A stretch of 64,000 bases of DNA from Camelus dromedarius (Eukaryota), in the NCBI RefSeq assembly GCF_036321535.1, contig NC_087437.1, positions 78,184,001 through 78,248,000 of the forward strand, read 5' to 3'. The notes below the pieces were generated by a model. That model did no database searches, was not told where the DNA came from, and saw only the letters and a list, made by a program, of their open reading frames with translations. Position numbers and translations under genes: made by a program. Shown in pieces: positions 49,803 through 63,289 of this stretch (within the stretch, counting starts at the first letter, position 1; every line of letters starts with the position of its first letter).

Positions 49803-52240
49803 GATCTCCAATCAGCAACTTAACTTTACAACTTAAAGAACTAGAAAAGATGAGCAAACTAAAACCAAAGTTAGTAGAAGAAAAGAAACAATAAAAATTA
49901 GAGAAGAGAGATATAAAATAGAGAACAGAAAAAGAGTAAACATTTTTTAAAGAGTTGATTCTTTGTAAAGATCAACAAAATTGATAAACCTTTAGCTTGA
50001 TAAACTAAGGAAAAAGGAAAGAAGGCTAAATTTCTATAATCAGAAGTTAAAGTGGGTACATTACTACTGATTCTACAGAAATAAAAACGAATTATAAGAG
50101 TTTTATGAATAATTACTTTATCAGCAAATTTTACCAGATATTTAAAAAGAAACTAAAAGCTATTCTTCTGAAATCTTTTCAAACAACTGAGCAGGAGGAA
50201 ACTCCCTAATTTATTTCATGAGGCTCATATTATCCTCATAGTAAAGACAGAGACACTACCAAGACTACACTAAAAAGACTACATAGCAATATCCCTAATG
50301 AGCATCCATGGAAAACGTCTTAAAAAACACTAACCTGATTCAGCAGCATATTTGAAGGATTATACACCATGACTGAGTAGCACTTACTCCTGGAATGCAA
50401 GGCTATTTCAACATATCAAAGTCAATCAATACAATATACCACACCAACAGAATATAGGGGGAAAAACCACATGGTCATATCAACTGATGCAGAAAAAGCA
50501 TTTGATAAAGTTCAACACACAGCATGATGAAAACATTTAGCAAACTAGAAATAGAAGAAAACTATCTCAACTTAATAAAAGCCATGTATGAAAAACCCAC
50601 ATCATACAACATGCTCAATGGTAAAAGACTGAAAGTTTTTCCTCAAGGATGCCTGCTGTCTCTACTTCTAGCCAACATAGTACCGGAAGTCCTAGTCAGA
50701 GTAATTAGATAAGTAAAAGAAAGATCTCAAAATTGGAAAGAAAGAAGTAAAATGAACTGTATTCACAGACTATATAATCTTATATGTGGAAAACATTAAG
50801 CATCCAGAAGAAGGCCCTTAGAACTAATAAATGAATTCAGTAAACTTGCAGGATACAAAGCTAACACACAAAAATCAATTGCATTTATATTCCATAATGA
50901 TGAACAATTTAAAAAGGAAGTTAAGAAAACAATCCTATTTATATTAGCAAGAGTAGAATATTTAAGAATTAACTTAACCAAGGAGGTGAAAGATTTGTAC
51001 CAAAAAAATTGCAGAACATTTTCAAAGAAATTAAAGAAGACATAAATAAATGGAAAGACATCTCATGTTCATACATTGAAAGATTTAATATTGCTAAGAT
51101 ATGACTACCCAAAATGATCTCCAGATTTAATTCAATTACTGTCAAAAATCCCAGTAAGATTTTTTGTGTGTGTGGAAATAAGAAAAACCTATCCTGAAAT
51201 TCATGTGGAATCTCAAGTGACCCTGAATAGCCAAAATAATCCTGAAAAATAAGAATGAAATTGGAGGACTAACACTTCTTGATTTATTATACAAAGCTAC
51301 AGTAATCAAAATTTTGTGTTTGATATAAAGACAGACATATAAACCAATGGACTAGAATAGAGTCCAGTAACAAACTTTCATACATATGGTCAAATGATTT
51401 TTTGACTAGAGTCCCAAGACCATTCAATGGGGAAAGGACAGTCTTGGGTATCCACATGCAAAAGAATGGGTTGGATCCTGACCTAACACCATATACAAAA
51501 GTTAGCTCAAAATGGATGCATGACCTAAATCTATAAAACTGTTAGAACAAAACATAGGTGAAAAACTTCATGACATTGTATTTGGCAATAATTTATTAGG
51601 TATGACACTAAAGACACAGGCAACAACAATAAAACAGACAAATTATACTTCGTGACAATTAAAAAATTTTTGTGCATCAAAAGACACTATCAAAAGAGTA
51701 AAAAGGCAATCCACAGAATAGGGAAAAGTATTTGAAAATCATATCTGACAAGAGGTTAATATCCAAAATAGATACAAAACTCCTAAAACTCAACAACAAA
51801 AACAACAAAAAACCACCAGATCAAAAAATGGGCAAAGGATTTCAATAGACATTTCTCCAAAGAAGATATGCAAGTGGCTAATAAGCACATGAAGAGTTGC
51901 CAAACATTACTAATCGTTAGGGAAATACAAATCAAAACTGCAATGAGGTACCACTTCATACCTATTAGGATGGCTAATACCAAAAACCAACCAACCAACC
52001 AACCAACAAACAAAACCCCAGAAAATAACAATCGCTGACAAGAATGTGCAGAAATTAAAACTCTTTTGCACTGTTGGTGGGAATGTAAAATGGCACAGCT
52101 GCTGTAGAAAACAGTATGGTGAGTCCTGAAAAAATTAAAAATAGAATTACCATGTAATCCAGCAATTCTACTTCTGACTGTATACTCAAAAGAATTGAAA
52201 AGTCCTCAAATATTGTGCACACATGTTCATAACAGCATTT
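49803..52240 (+). mobile_element. LINE-1 (L1MB-like) ORF2 remnant
   Basis: 'cctggaatgcaaggctatttcaacatatc' and 'tgatgcagaaaaagcatttgataaagttcaaca' (DAEKAFDKVQ). ORF 50524 includes NLIKAMYEKPT and QGCLLSLLLANIV. C-terminal 'ccacttcatacctattaggatggc'. Confidence 0.95.
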
Positions 52241-52551
52241 TTCATCTCTACTGGATTCTTGGACAACATCCCCAGGCAATGATAAGCCTTACAAAGAGTC
52301 CCTGAGGCTTCTCTAAGCAGGAAAGTCCTCCCCAAACCCTCTGACAGCCCCTCTACTTTATTCCTATGTGGAAACCAGCTCTTGAAAAGAGAGGGTGACA
52401 TACCAGAAAATGACTGAGTTCAAACCTGAGTGAGATAACTGATAATCATGAACATGACAGAGTTTTCTATAAGCAACTAGATTAAGTTTTCTGTATCAGG
52501 CAAAATAGAGGCTCAATGTAGACATTTTAGTTCAGTTGTGTAAAATAAGTA

Positions 52552-52725
52552 CAAGTGACCCTGAACAACATGGGTTTGAACAGCATGGGTCCACTTATAA
52601 GTCGGTATTTTTCAATAGTAAATACTACAGTATTACACAACCCTGGGTTAGCAGACCCTGAGGACGTGGAGGAATGATTATAAATTATACTCAGATTAAC
52701 CCTTGAGTTGTTCAAGGCTCAACTG
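52552..52725. mobile_element. TcMar-Tigger MITE (MER8/Tigger2-like)
   Basis: Terminal inverted repeats caagtgaccctgaacaac ... gttgttcaaggctcaactg. TA at the left flank (52550-52551). Internal 'gggtccacttata'. Confidence 0.9.
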
Positions 52726-54064
52726 TTAAGTGAAGTTTTAGCACATTCGAGTCTGTGGTTTAGCAACTGTGTGCACACCACAAGGACATAAAATGAAAGG
52801 AGAAATCACAAAGTAAAAATGGCTTGCTTGTTACTGGATTTGTTTGACCTCCTTTGGCATTAGTTCAAAAAGCAGACCTAACAGAAACGTGCCCTATCAT
52901 CAGGAAATTTCTAAGCTAAAGATAAATTATCCTGGTCTTGTCCAGTTGGACCTGCATTGCTGTGTTAATACCAGCAAGGGGACAACACTGCATCTGATTC
53001 TATGGCACATTTCCTTCTACTTCATCACAGAAGAAGACAGATATTTGTTTTACCCAATGTTGTAATTGGAGACATTGAAACACAGAGCTGCAAGGACCTT
53101 CCCTTGTAATTTATAAATACAACATTAGCTCCCCTACAACTAACAAATGATTTATCCTGTTAAGCTCTGCTTCCCATTTGATCTTTTTCTAGTTTTAAAA
53201 AAAAGATTCTGGTTACTGTCAGGCTAATAATGGATTTCTACTGGGAATTATCCACAGACTTATAGAAAACATGCTAGTCATTTAGTCCAGGGCCAGTCCT
53301 AGGTAGATATTGGGACCAAAAAACACATCCTCTGTAATTTTCCACATTCATCTCAGCTTACCAAGGAAGAAATAGTCTTATTTAGAATGACTTTTAAAAT
53401 AGCTGGGATACGTTGCTAGCCTGGGTTTCTCTAGATTAGAGAAAATGTGTCAGTTGAATTTTCAGCCACATAACTCTCTTCAATATGTCTGAAAGGTTGT
53501 GTAATATAGTTCTTTTCCATAACAAAAACAAACTGTTTTGAGAATATTTTAACTTACACTACTGAATGATAACTACGTAGAATTTACTGAACAATGAACT
53601 GAGTTTGGCTACAAACAGCATTCTATAAATAGCACTAAGAATTGGGCTGCTCTCAGTTTTTAATTCCTCTACTCCAGTGAATTGAAACTTAGTCTGATGA
53701 GCCTGAGGGGAATACCTCTGTTGTTACAATAGCCATGTTCTCTTCTTTGCCTGATCATCTTTAGTTTCTCAGGTTAATGACTTCCTATTATCCATGTTCA
53801 CACCTATTATAGAAATTGTGAGACTTTTGTTCTACAGCTGCTCAAAATCCACATTTCAGTGCATTTGTATTTGTGTGATTCTAACTCTTATCGTTACTAC
53901 TCATTAGGTACTAATTTTTCGTTATTGGAGATTTGCTGTTTTTCAGTGCTTTCTCACAGAAATGCTTGCTATAACTGCTCATGGTCTTAAGAAAGAAAGC
54001 ATGTGTCAGTCGTGTTTTTTCATGGCTTGGCGGGGTCTGCGTCTTTACCTTCTGCATTGAATCT

Positions 54065-54680
54065 GTGGTCCTTGTTTCTGTGAGGGGCAACACTACCTAT
54101 CAGATGTTCAGGCTGAAACTTAGAAGTCATTCTAGGATCTTTCCTTCTCTCTCTCCTCCACCAAATTAATTTTTGAGTTTTGTTGGTTCTACTTCTTGTA
54201 TCTGCCTATTGCTTTCTACTTCTTGCCCTAATTCAGGTTTTCATCAATGCTTAGCTGAAATTTTGTTGTATTATTTTAACTTAATTCAGAGTGTCGCCAG
54301 AGTGAACCTTCCAATGAGCAAATCTAACATCAGTACTCTCCTGCTCTGAGTAATTTGTAGTGCCCCATTGCCTCTTTGTTTGTATTATGTCTTTTTGCAA
54401 TTTAGACTCCAGCCACATTAAATTCCTTGATGGCTCCATGCTTGCTCACATCTTCTTGCCTTTGCATAATGTTTTCATTGCCTGATCACAGCTCAAGTTT
54501 ATATGCTTAGCAAATTCCTACAGGTGATTGAGATTTTAGCTCAATTTACCTCTTTTGAGAAGCCTTCTCCAACTCCCCCAGGCAAACTAAGCTGCTGCTT
54601 TTTCTGTGCTGCCACTTCTACTCCCATCAAAGAGTCATTATGTTTATTATGGGTTTGTTTCCTTTCTGACTCCCTCACAA
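54065..54680 (+). mobile_element. L2 LINE fragment
   Basis: 'ttcaggctgaaacttagaagtcattctag', 'gccagagtgaaccttccaatgagcaaatctaacatc' and 'tttgagaagccttctccaactccccca'. Confidence 0.75.
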
Positions 54681-54689
54681 CATCCCAAG

Positions 54690-54815
54690 TTTACACTGAT
54701 AATTGGAGCAATTAAGTAATTTGCCTAAGGCCACTTAGCTTGGTAGTGATAGAGCAAAAATTGGAATATAGATGGTCTGACTTTAAAAATCAGGGGTTTA
54801 ACCCACTAGTCTGCC
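54690..54815 (-). mobile_element. MIR SINE
   Basis: 'ttaagtaatttgcctaaggccacttagcttggtagtgatagagc...gtctgactttaaa'. Confidence 0.75.
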
Positions 54816-57246
54816 AACTACTGTCATTCATTATGGAAATTATTGGTTACAGAATGCCATTGATCTACTGTGTCAGGGTAGGTAAGCTAACATTTTTTCT
54901 GGCTTTGTCAGTATGACATGAGATTTTGAGTTGAAAAGGGCTTTCCACCAGGCTGAAATCATATAACTATTGTAAGGACATTTCTTGAGTTATCTCTATT
55001 AACTGATCTTTCTGACCGAAACATTTTGGTGTTTTCTGTTTGACTATTGGTGGTCCTCTATGTTCAGGCTACATTAATGACCTCAAAACTCTTTCTTTGC
55101 CAAAGATCTCCTCTCACTCTTCCCCTAACCCAAAAAGTATTCTAAGCTTCATTTCCATCAGTCTTACTCAAACCACACTGCCAACTAATTGTGAAAAGAA
55201 TTTAGTGAACCTACAGTGTCAGTTATCTATAATTTGCACTGTAATAGGAAATTCTCAGACATAAAAACTTTTAAGGTTCAGATGTTTGGGTCTCTTGTGA
55301 GACCCAATGACAGGTTGTGGGTTTGAAAGGACATACTGTCTAGAACTTGTCTCAAATCACAATGATTAGATAAACTTCTCCCTGAATGAAGCTGGTCCTG
55401 CTTAGAAATTACCTTTTAACCTTGAAAAACTTGCTACCAACATATAGCAATGAAAACATGAGATTTTCTTCCAGTAGTTTACTCCTCCTAAATATAGCTC
55501 ATAGGTGTATGAGCGGCTCCCAATCTTAAATTTTCAAGTCAGTTGCTTCTACTCCACAGGCAAGAGGAAATAAAGACACTGCTGATGCAGACTACCCTAT
55601 AGGAGTTCCTGAATTCACTTTACTTCTCTACAATTCACATCACTTCATTTAATTCCATTGTTTTAAAATTATCTGCTATGAACTCATCCTCCATTAAACA
55701 CACAGAACTAATGAAAAATTAATCATTTGATGTCTTTTTGCATTTCTTGTAAAGCCTAACACCATATTTTATAATCTAGTGGTTATTTGTAAACCTCATA
55801 TTTAACACAATGTTTTATCAATCTTTTGATTAATAGAGAATATTTGCTTCACTTGCCCATTAAGCAGGTTTAAGATAGTAAAACCAAAGAGAAGAAATAT
55901 TCTCTTCTTGCAATACTCAGAAATCTAGTACTGTAAAGGGGGACATAACACAACTTCTCAAACCCCGAAGCATGGATAAGAACTTAGAACAAAACTTACT
56001 TAAGCATTCTGGACCTATGAAACGTTTTCATGTTCATTGTGGTTTATGACAATACCATTCAAAGAAAACACTAATGACATTCCAATACTTTTTAATAGTT
56101 AACCTGAGAAAATGTAAAATATGGGTAACCTGTTTTTAAAATGTAAATTAGAAAAACTAAGTGTAAGTTATTGTTGGCATGGAGGTATTGTTGGCATTGC
56201 TTTGATTTTGGGTCATATGGAGCTGACAGTATGTAGATGAGTGGGACAAGACAGAGAGAGAGCAAAAGTACAATTATTAAAGCAAGCCTCTTCCCCATGG
56301 GCTGCTTGAAATTGGTTGAAATTTTCTTTGTAATCTTTGCTATACCCATTAAGTTGAAACATTAACCTCTCTCTGGGAGATCAGAGAATGGAGCCAAATG
56401 GCCATATTTCATGATGCATATATCGATCTGAGAGAGGAGATGTTGTGAGAGAAAAGAATGACATTTCCCTTCAAGTGGTAGTTCAGATTGAGAAATCAGA
56501 CCACTGCTGAAAGAATAGTTTTGACGCCATCAGGAGACTGCATACAACTGTTCTTTTGGTATACAACTACTCCTTTTTACTCAAGTACACACTGTAATTT
56601 TATGTCTTTGCAACTGTACTTTTTCCTTTCTCTAAAATGAGATAGCTGTGCTATCTTCTTTAATTAATCCTCATATTCATTTTTTAAAACTCTGATTAAA
56701 AGCTGAATATGCAAAGATTTTTACTAATATATTTCTCATTACATTGTGCATGTTGTTTCCTTTATATAATAAAGCATAGGTTATTTGAGGGTTATGATTT
56801 TTTTTCCATCTTTGTATCTGAAGAATGTGTTCTATAAATATTTATCTAATGAGTACATTCTAAGAGCTTGGACATATATTTGGTTCACTGAAAATTAGTT
56901 TCTCCACTTCTAACAAAATGTTCAAATTACCTTTGTATGACTTTGACCTAACTAATCTGAACAAGTTCTCTTGAAGTAAATATTCTATATTTATATTAAA
57001 TGTTGCTTAATTTAATATAGCATTTCCTATTTCTTTCCTGTTTTCTTTATTTTGTTTTCTTATTTTTTTTCTTTGTTTCTATTTTCTTTGCTTTGTTTAA
57101 ATATATTAGCAAAGGACCTGCTCAATTCAAACAGGTTATCAAAACCACTTTATGTAATGTTACTAGAAGCTGATTTTCTGCTCAACTTTGCATCATTCCA
57201 GGAGTTAAAATCTTAAAGAACTAGTTTTGATTGTGCAGGGAGGAAG

Positions 57247-57248
<2 letters not shown>

Positions 57249-57281
<33 letters not shown>

Positions 57282-57287
57282 TGTGTG
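57249..57287. repeat. (GT)n microsatellite
   Basis: Read directly from the sequence. Confidence 0.95.
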
Positions 57288-58289
57288 GTTTTTGTTTTTA
57301 TTTTATTTTTTTTTTGCATTAGTCACAGCAAACACAGTTTCTGACCTTCTAAAAGCTATACTTATTTTTTATTTTGCAATTCACAACCTATACTGAAGTT
57401 TAACCATGACTCATATGTGCGTAGCAAAACAATCTATTCTGTTCAGTAAAATCTCTCCTAAAATTTGCTCTGTGTTTCTCGGAGTGTTGTAAAATGCTGT
57501 TACTGAAGTTTCTAAAGAGACAGACAGACAGAGAGACAGAGACCTTGAGGAAAACAGGGATACATACCCTAAACTTCTTTCTCAGCCTCCATGTTTCTTC
57601 TTGAATGCTGGTGACTGCTGGGTAAGAAACTAAAATCTTAAATTTGGTAGTTAGAACCTGCAAGAGAATGTGGTTACTTATTTATGAACCTAATGTTCTG
57701 AAATGGTTTGACATCCACAAAGTAGCAACAAATATAGACCAATAAAAATGGGGCACATTATCTTCATTAGCCAATATTTAGAGTATTTAATATAAGCCTA
57801 GCTTGGTAATTTTAGCGTAGTTGTCTATTACTGCCAAGGCATCAGTGCAATATTTTCACTCGCCTGAAAGTCTACTCACCTAGAGCCCATCTGAAGCATT
57901 GATCTCTATGATAATGACAGCATCCACGTCCAAAGAGTGAGATATTCTCCATGATTATGCATTTTCTGATTTGATAAATTGCTTTATGTTCTTTGGTTGC
58001 TCAGCTGGTTGAATGAAAGCACTTGGTGGTTCCACACTGGAGGCTCTGATGCAGCTGTGTGACTTGGCCTTTAAGGTCTAACTCCTGAAGGACACAGTTT
58101 CTGTAGGTTTGAGATCATATCTTTATTAGTCAACATATTATTTTTAGCATTTAGTGCAGTATGTTAAAAGGTGGAAAAATGAAGATGGGGAAAAGTAATG
58201 TATTTCTTTTGTTTTATGGAACAATTACCTTAAGTGAGGAAAAGTTTTAAATATTCTTTTGTCTAACTTAATGCTTGGAACGATTCCAT

Positions 58290-58440
58290 AAATTCAGTTT
58301 TATTATTCTTACAGATGAATATAATAGGTTTACCAAGACTGAGCAATTATCTAATGTTACACTGAAAGTAATTGCCAGATAGAGGTTTTGAATCCAGATT
58401 TGTTTGACTTCCAAGGCCAGGCAATTAAGCCAATTTACTG
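58290..58440 (-). mobile_element. MIR SINE
   Basis: 'ttacagatgaat...ttttgaatccagatttgtttgacttccaaggcc'. Confidence 0.65.
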
Positions 58441-58559
58441 TAGCATCTCCAGTGTTTTTCCACTGACTCTGGAAGTTGTATGTCCAAAAGTAATGAATTT
58501 TTCTTTTTCTCTTTCTGTTCTACTACCTCTTTCCTTTTTTCATTCAACTTTATACATAT

Positions 58560-58772
58560 ATTTTTTAAAAATTGAGATCTATGTAATTGACATGCAACAT
58601 TATATAAGTTTCAGGCATATGATGTAACAATTGGATATTTGTATATACTGTGACATGACCATCACAATACATCTAGTTAACATCTATCACCACACATAGT
58701 TACATATTTTTTCTTGTAATGAGAACTGTTAAGATCTACTTTCTTAGCAAGTTTCAAATATACCATACACAT
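58560..58772 (-). mobile_element. LINE-1 3' tail (L1MA9-like)
   Basis: 'tctagttaacatctatcaccacacatagttac...gagaactgttaagatctacttttcttagcaagtttcaaatata'. Confidence 0.85.
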
Positions 58773-59640
58773 ATTGATGCATATAGCTTTGTTTGTTTAT
58801 TTTACTAGCTGTACAGGATTCCATTATAGAATATACCACAGTTTACTTATAAAGTGTCATGTTGGTGAATATTTAGGTTGTTTACATGTTATTTTGCTAA
58901 TAAAAATTAATGCTTCAGTGAATAATCTTGCATATATTTTCTTGTGTACTTGAGAGTTTCACAAGAACATATATCCATACGTGAAATTTCTGGTCTTATA
59001 TATGTACACCTACTAGATATTATCACGTTGCCCTCTAAAGGAGTTGGAACAGTTTGTATCCAGTGAATGGTACTTAAAAGTTCACATTTTTCTATTCTTT
59101 GTCAATATCTGAAATTATCAGATGTTACTTATCTTGCCAAACTGGTTAGCGCTATATTTTCTGGTTGCTTTAACTTACATTTTGTTAGGGAATGTTGAAC
59201 ATACTTTCATTTGTTTATTGGTCATTAGAGTTTTCTTTTCTGTGAATTGTAAATTTGCCCACTTTTTTCTATTCATTTTCAAAAATTTAAATTGTATTTT
59301 TCATATAGTATGAGTACTAATTCTTTCCCTGTTATTTATTGTTAAAGCATTCTTTTCTAGCCTGTGTCTTGAGTTTTTAGTTATTTGACAGTAACTTTGG
59401 TTGCATATATATATATGAGTAATATTTACATTTTATTTATTTTATAATCTGTGACATTTGTGTTTGACTTAAGAAATCTCTTTTTACCCTGAAACCCTAA
59501 ACATGTGAAATATTTTGTTCTAAATTTTTAAAAATTTGTCATTTCACTTTTGGGTCTTTTATACAAAAGTAGTTTATTTTTCTGTTTGCAATGAGGTAGA
59601 TATTTGATTTTTTATATCTGAATACCCCATCGTCTCACAG
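58773..59640 (-). mobile_element. Old LINE-1 (L1ME-like) ORF2 end and 3' region
   Basis: 'ttccattatagaatataccacagtttactt', 'gttgaacatactttcatttgtttattggtcatt' and 'ttaagaaatctctttttaccc'. Confidence 0.75.
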
Positions 59641-60202
59641 AACTTTCTAAACTAAATGAGCACTTTGGCCCTGAGATAACTAGGCTTCTTTCAAGTGGCC
59701 TGTCTCCTTCTTCTTCCCTCTGCCCCATCAACCTCTCCTCCAAACTCATGCAAGAAACATGGCCCTCAGACCCACACTTCAAGATAAGGGTTCTCTAGAC
59801 TCATAACGGCATTTCTAAAATTGATAGTTTTCTTATTTTAGCCATGAGCAAAGGGCTATCAGCCCTGAAGAAAAGATATCAGACCTCCCATCTGAGATGC
59901 AGTTCCTCATAGGTAATAGGAAAAGTCACTATCTCTCTAAGGATCGGCTTCTTAACCCTTAAATGTGTCAGCTGAGCTGGTTGAGCTTTGCTTTCTATTT
60001 GCTCTTCTTGGTCAATAAAGTTCAAGTATCTGAGGAGACCAGAGTCTTTGCTATGGAATATCCTCATCTAATCAAAACTTTCCAAAACCACACACACATG
60101 AATTCTGAAACCCTGTGAAGGTGTAAGTTTATGTGGTGTCCCAAATCTCTTTTCCCCATTTTCCCTCTCGTTCTTTTAGGGCATTTTTTTCCCTTTATGG
60201 AA

Positions 60203-60376
60203 GTAGTAGTTTTTAGGAATGACTGGAACAAAATCACCTGGGGAGCTTTTTAAAATTTCTATTGCCTGGTCTCCATCCACCAAAATTAAACTTGAACTGT
60301 AAGGTGAGAGGAGGAGGGGTATAAAAAAAAAATTAGCCAGCTAATTCTGATGCACAGAGAACCTTGAAAAGCATTG
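60203..60376. mobile_element. MER5B-like hAT-Charlie MITE
   Basis: 'aatcacctggggagctttttaaaa...tgcctggtctcc...aattctgatgcacag...ttgaaaagcattg'. Confidence 0.7.
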
Positions 60377-60720
60377 ATTTATAAGGTTCTCCTTTTTTTA
60401 TGTGCTCTGTGTTGGTCTTCTGAAAAATTAGAAAACATAAAGATGCTGAGCTAATTTGCAGCATGAATCCCTCCTCCCCCCAGCCAAGTGATTTACTGTT
60501 TATGAATCATCACATTTGGTTCAAAAACTACTCTTTTCTCTGCGTTTACACTAAGTAGTCCAAATTCTGTGTTTCTGTCTCTTCTGCTTCTCCTTGCTAT
60601 TATCTTTCATGTCTCCTGTTAAATCAAGACAGCGGTTTCTTTTGATTTCCTTTAAAAAAAAAAGACTTTGTGATTTATATACTGTTTTGTCACTGCACAA
60701 ATGTTTGAATGTTTGCATGC

Positions 60721-61276
60721 TATAAAGGAGGAAAAATTAATTTTCGCTCTACTCTTCTGAGTCTTAGTTGAGACCCCTGTGACAAAAGACAGATGAATAA
60801 AAGAAAAACAAAAGTTTACTAACATGTAATTCCTCATGTTTACATGGGAGACACCAGGGATAAATGATTAACTCCTTGAGGTGGCTTGGAATTCAGGATT
60901 AAATACCATCTTAATAGGAAGAGGTGAGGGGGGATGTCGGTCTCTTGAGGAAGAGTAAGTAAGTTTTAGGAAAGATGAATGGGAGCTTAGAAGAACTGAT
61001 GTGAGATATAATGGTTTGTGACCCAGTTTGTCCTGGAGTGGTGTCGACTTCCAGTCTCCTCTCCTATGATAAGAGTCAATCTTCCTTGGCTGATGAAGCC
61101 CCCTGGGGAGAGGATTCATGACAACTGAGTTCATTTAGAGCATCTGTCTTTAAGCAAATAAGGGGAGTCCAGAGAAAGCCTTTCCCCGCATTGCTGTTTT
61201 TCAGGAGTCAATAGCTCAAAATAATCAATATAACCAAGCAGCATATTTTGGGGGTAGCATGTTCTGCTAGTCTTCA
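60721..61276 (-). mobile_element. Solo LTR, ERV1 MER34/MER39-like
   Basis: Right end 'agctcaaaataatcaatataaccaagcagcatattttgggggtagcatgttctg...cttca' is the reverse complement of a MER34-type U3 start. Left end 'aaggaggaaaaattaattttc...gacaaaagacagatgaataaaagaaaaaca'. Confidence 0.85.
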
Positions 61277-63289
61277 GCACTAACAACATACATGCTTGTA
61301 ATTCTCACTTTTGAAACACCGCTTTTTAACACACTAAGCTTCCATACTCATACTCTTCCATTTTATAAAATACTCTGCAGAAATACGATGTTCGTGCACT
61401 ATTAGCAACTGTCAAGTGATTTTCAGTTTTCTTTTATTTGAGGAATAATAAGAGGAAACAATTATTTTCAAAAATCAAATCTGGCATAGATTGGAGAGGA
61501 GGCCCCTTGTTTTTCTCTTCATCAGTTTTCTGCTTTAGCCTTTCAGTGATTGTTTAAGAGATGGTCCTCCCAAGAGAGGAAGAGTTTACTTTGTAGAGTA
61601 ATCAGGCATCAGAAGAATCTGAGCTGAATGTTAAGGTCTGAGTGCTTCTAGGGTCACAGGAAGTGCCAAATATACCTAGGGACAGAGCTGAGCCAGGAGC
61701 AGAAGCCGCAGTAGAATGAGGAAACAATGAGAGGTAAATTGTTTCCCATATCTGATGTGAGAATGAATGCCTTATTTTTTTAATACGACCTCTTTAGATC
61801 AGAGGGAAACCTCATCGTTGGTTGCAGTGGTACGTGGACTGCCATGTTTGTTCATCCGGCTCTCTCTGGTAAGGGTAATGATGCACAAAATGATTTCACA
61901 GCTCCTGATCTTTAATTCTAATTCCTGACTCACCAATGGCTCTTTTTCATTGCCTTTTGTTTGAAACTGGCCAAAAGTAATATGCAGGGAAAAATCCAAC
62001 TGGAAAAGGACACAGGGTTTACGGGTTGGATGAGGCACCTTCTCTGTGGGTTTGACTGCCCTCCTTCCCTCCATGGCTCCTCCACCAGAAACTTGGCAGG
62101 TGGGTGGGGGTTCCTCCTCTTGTGATCTGCCTCACGCAGACTGTCTGCGTGGCTCTTCCTGCTGCGCAGTCAGACGTATCAGCAAAGACAATGGCCTAAC
62201 AGATGCCGGTATTCAGCCTGGACCAGCCTGTGTTGATTCTATGCTTATTAGTCTGAGCTAGTCACAGCCAGCTGGCTGCTGTTTGCCTTGACTAAGCTGT
62301 GGAAACACACACGACTGCAGTGGCCCCTGGTGTACATAGACACCCAGGTGCTGGCTATCGTCACAATCCCTCCCGTAGCAAGAGGAGTATTTTTAGATGA
62401 CTTAATGTTTTACTTTGCTTTTGTTTTTTTGTCTTGGAAAAAGCGCAGAGAGGGGATATTAAGGACTCAGTTTATAAGACAGATATATTCAAAAGAATCC
62501 CTGGCATTTGACTTTGTGGAAGTCAAATAGAGGAAGAGCCTAAAGTTTAACTTTGTTTGCCTATTAGTTTCCTCTTAATAGCGGTGAGAAGCCAGTACAG
62601 ATTTTAAAAGCCCCATAAGCAAGCTTCCTTTAAGGCACAGCAGATGAAATGTTTCCTGGGCAGCCAGGTGTCGTGCTGGCTAGTGCTTCAATATTTGCAA
62701 TCTACTCCTTTATTGGTCCCGGGAGCGAAATGTTTTGAACTGGCCAGAAGCACTGCGGGCTTGCTGTGACCTGCTCCCCTTCAGAACTAGAAGCTGCCTG
62801 AATGCTTTAGGCATGGTCCTAACGTGAGTGAAGGAAGATGGGGAATACTTTACCGGGCTGCAATTTAGCTCTTCTGGTCTAGCTGATGTTCTTGCCTTAA
62901 CTTAGAAAAAATACTTACACTATTTTTTTTTAATTTAAGCTTTTAAATAGTCTACCTGGCCTGTAATATAATCTCCTCCTTCACCCCACTGTCTGCCATT
63001 AGCAATTTTTTAAATATCTTCCTTCCCCTAAACTGCTTACCCATCCTTCCTTTTACCCCTTTATATTGAATAAATAATAGTATTTTCTAAGGGAAGTGTA
63101 TGTAACTAATTATTCTTTTCATACTCATGCTCCTGTGAAATCATATTAAAGAGGAGATTGGAGTGGCTGAACATTTGACTTGTTTGTTAGACTTGCTCAT
63201 AGATTGCTGTTAGATATACCCTAGCAGACGGAATAATATTTGTTTTCAGTTTCAATTTAGGAAAAATGTGAGGTAGACATTATTAAAGT

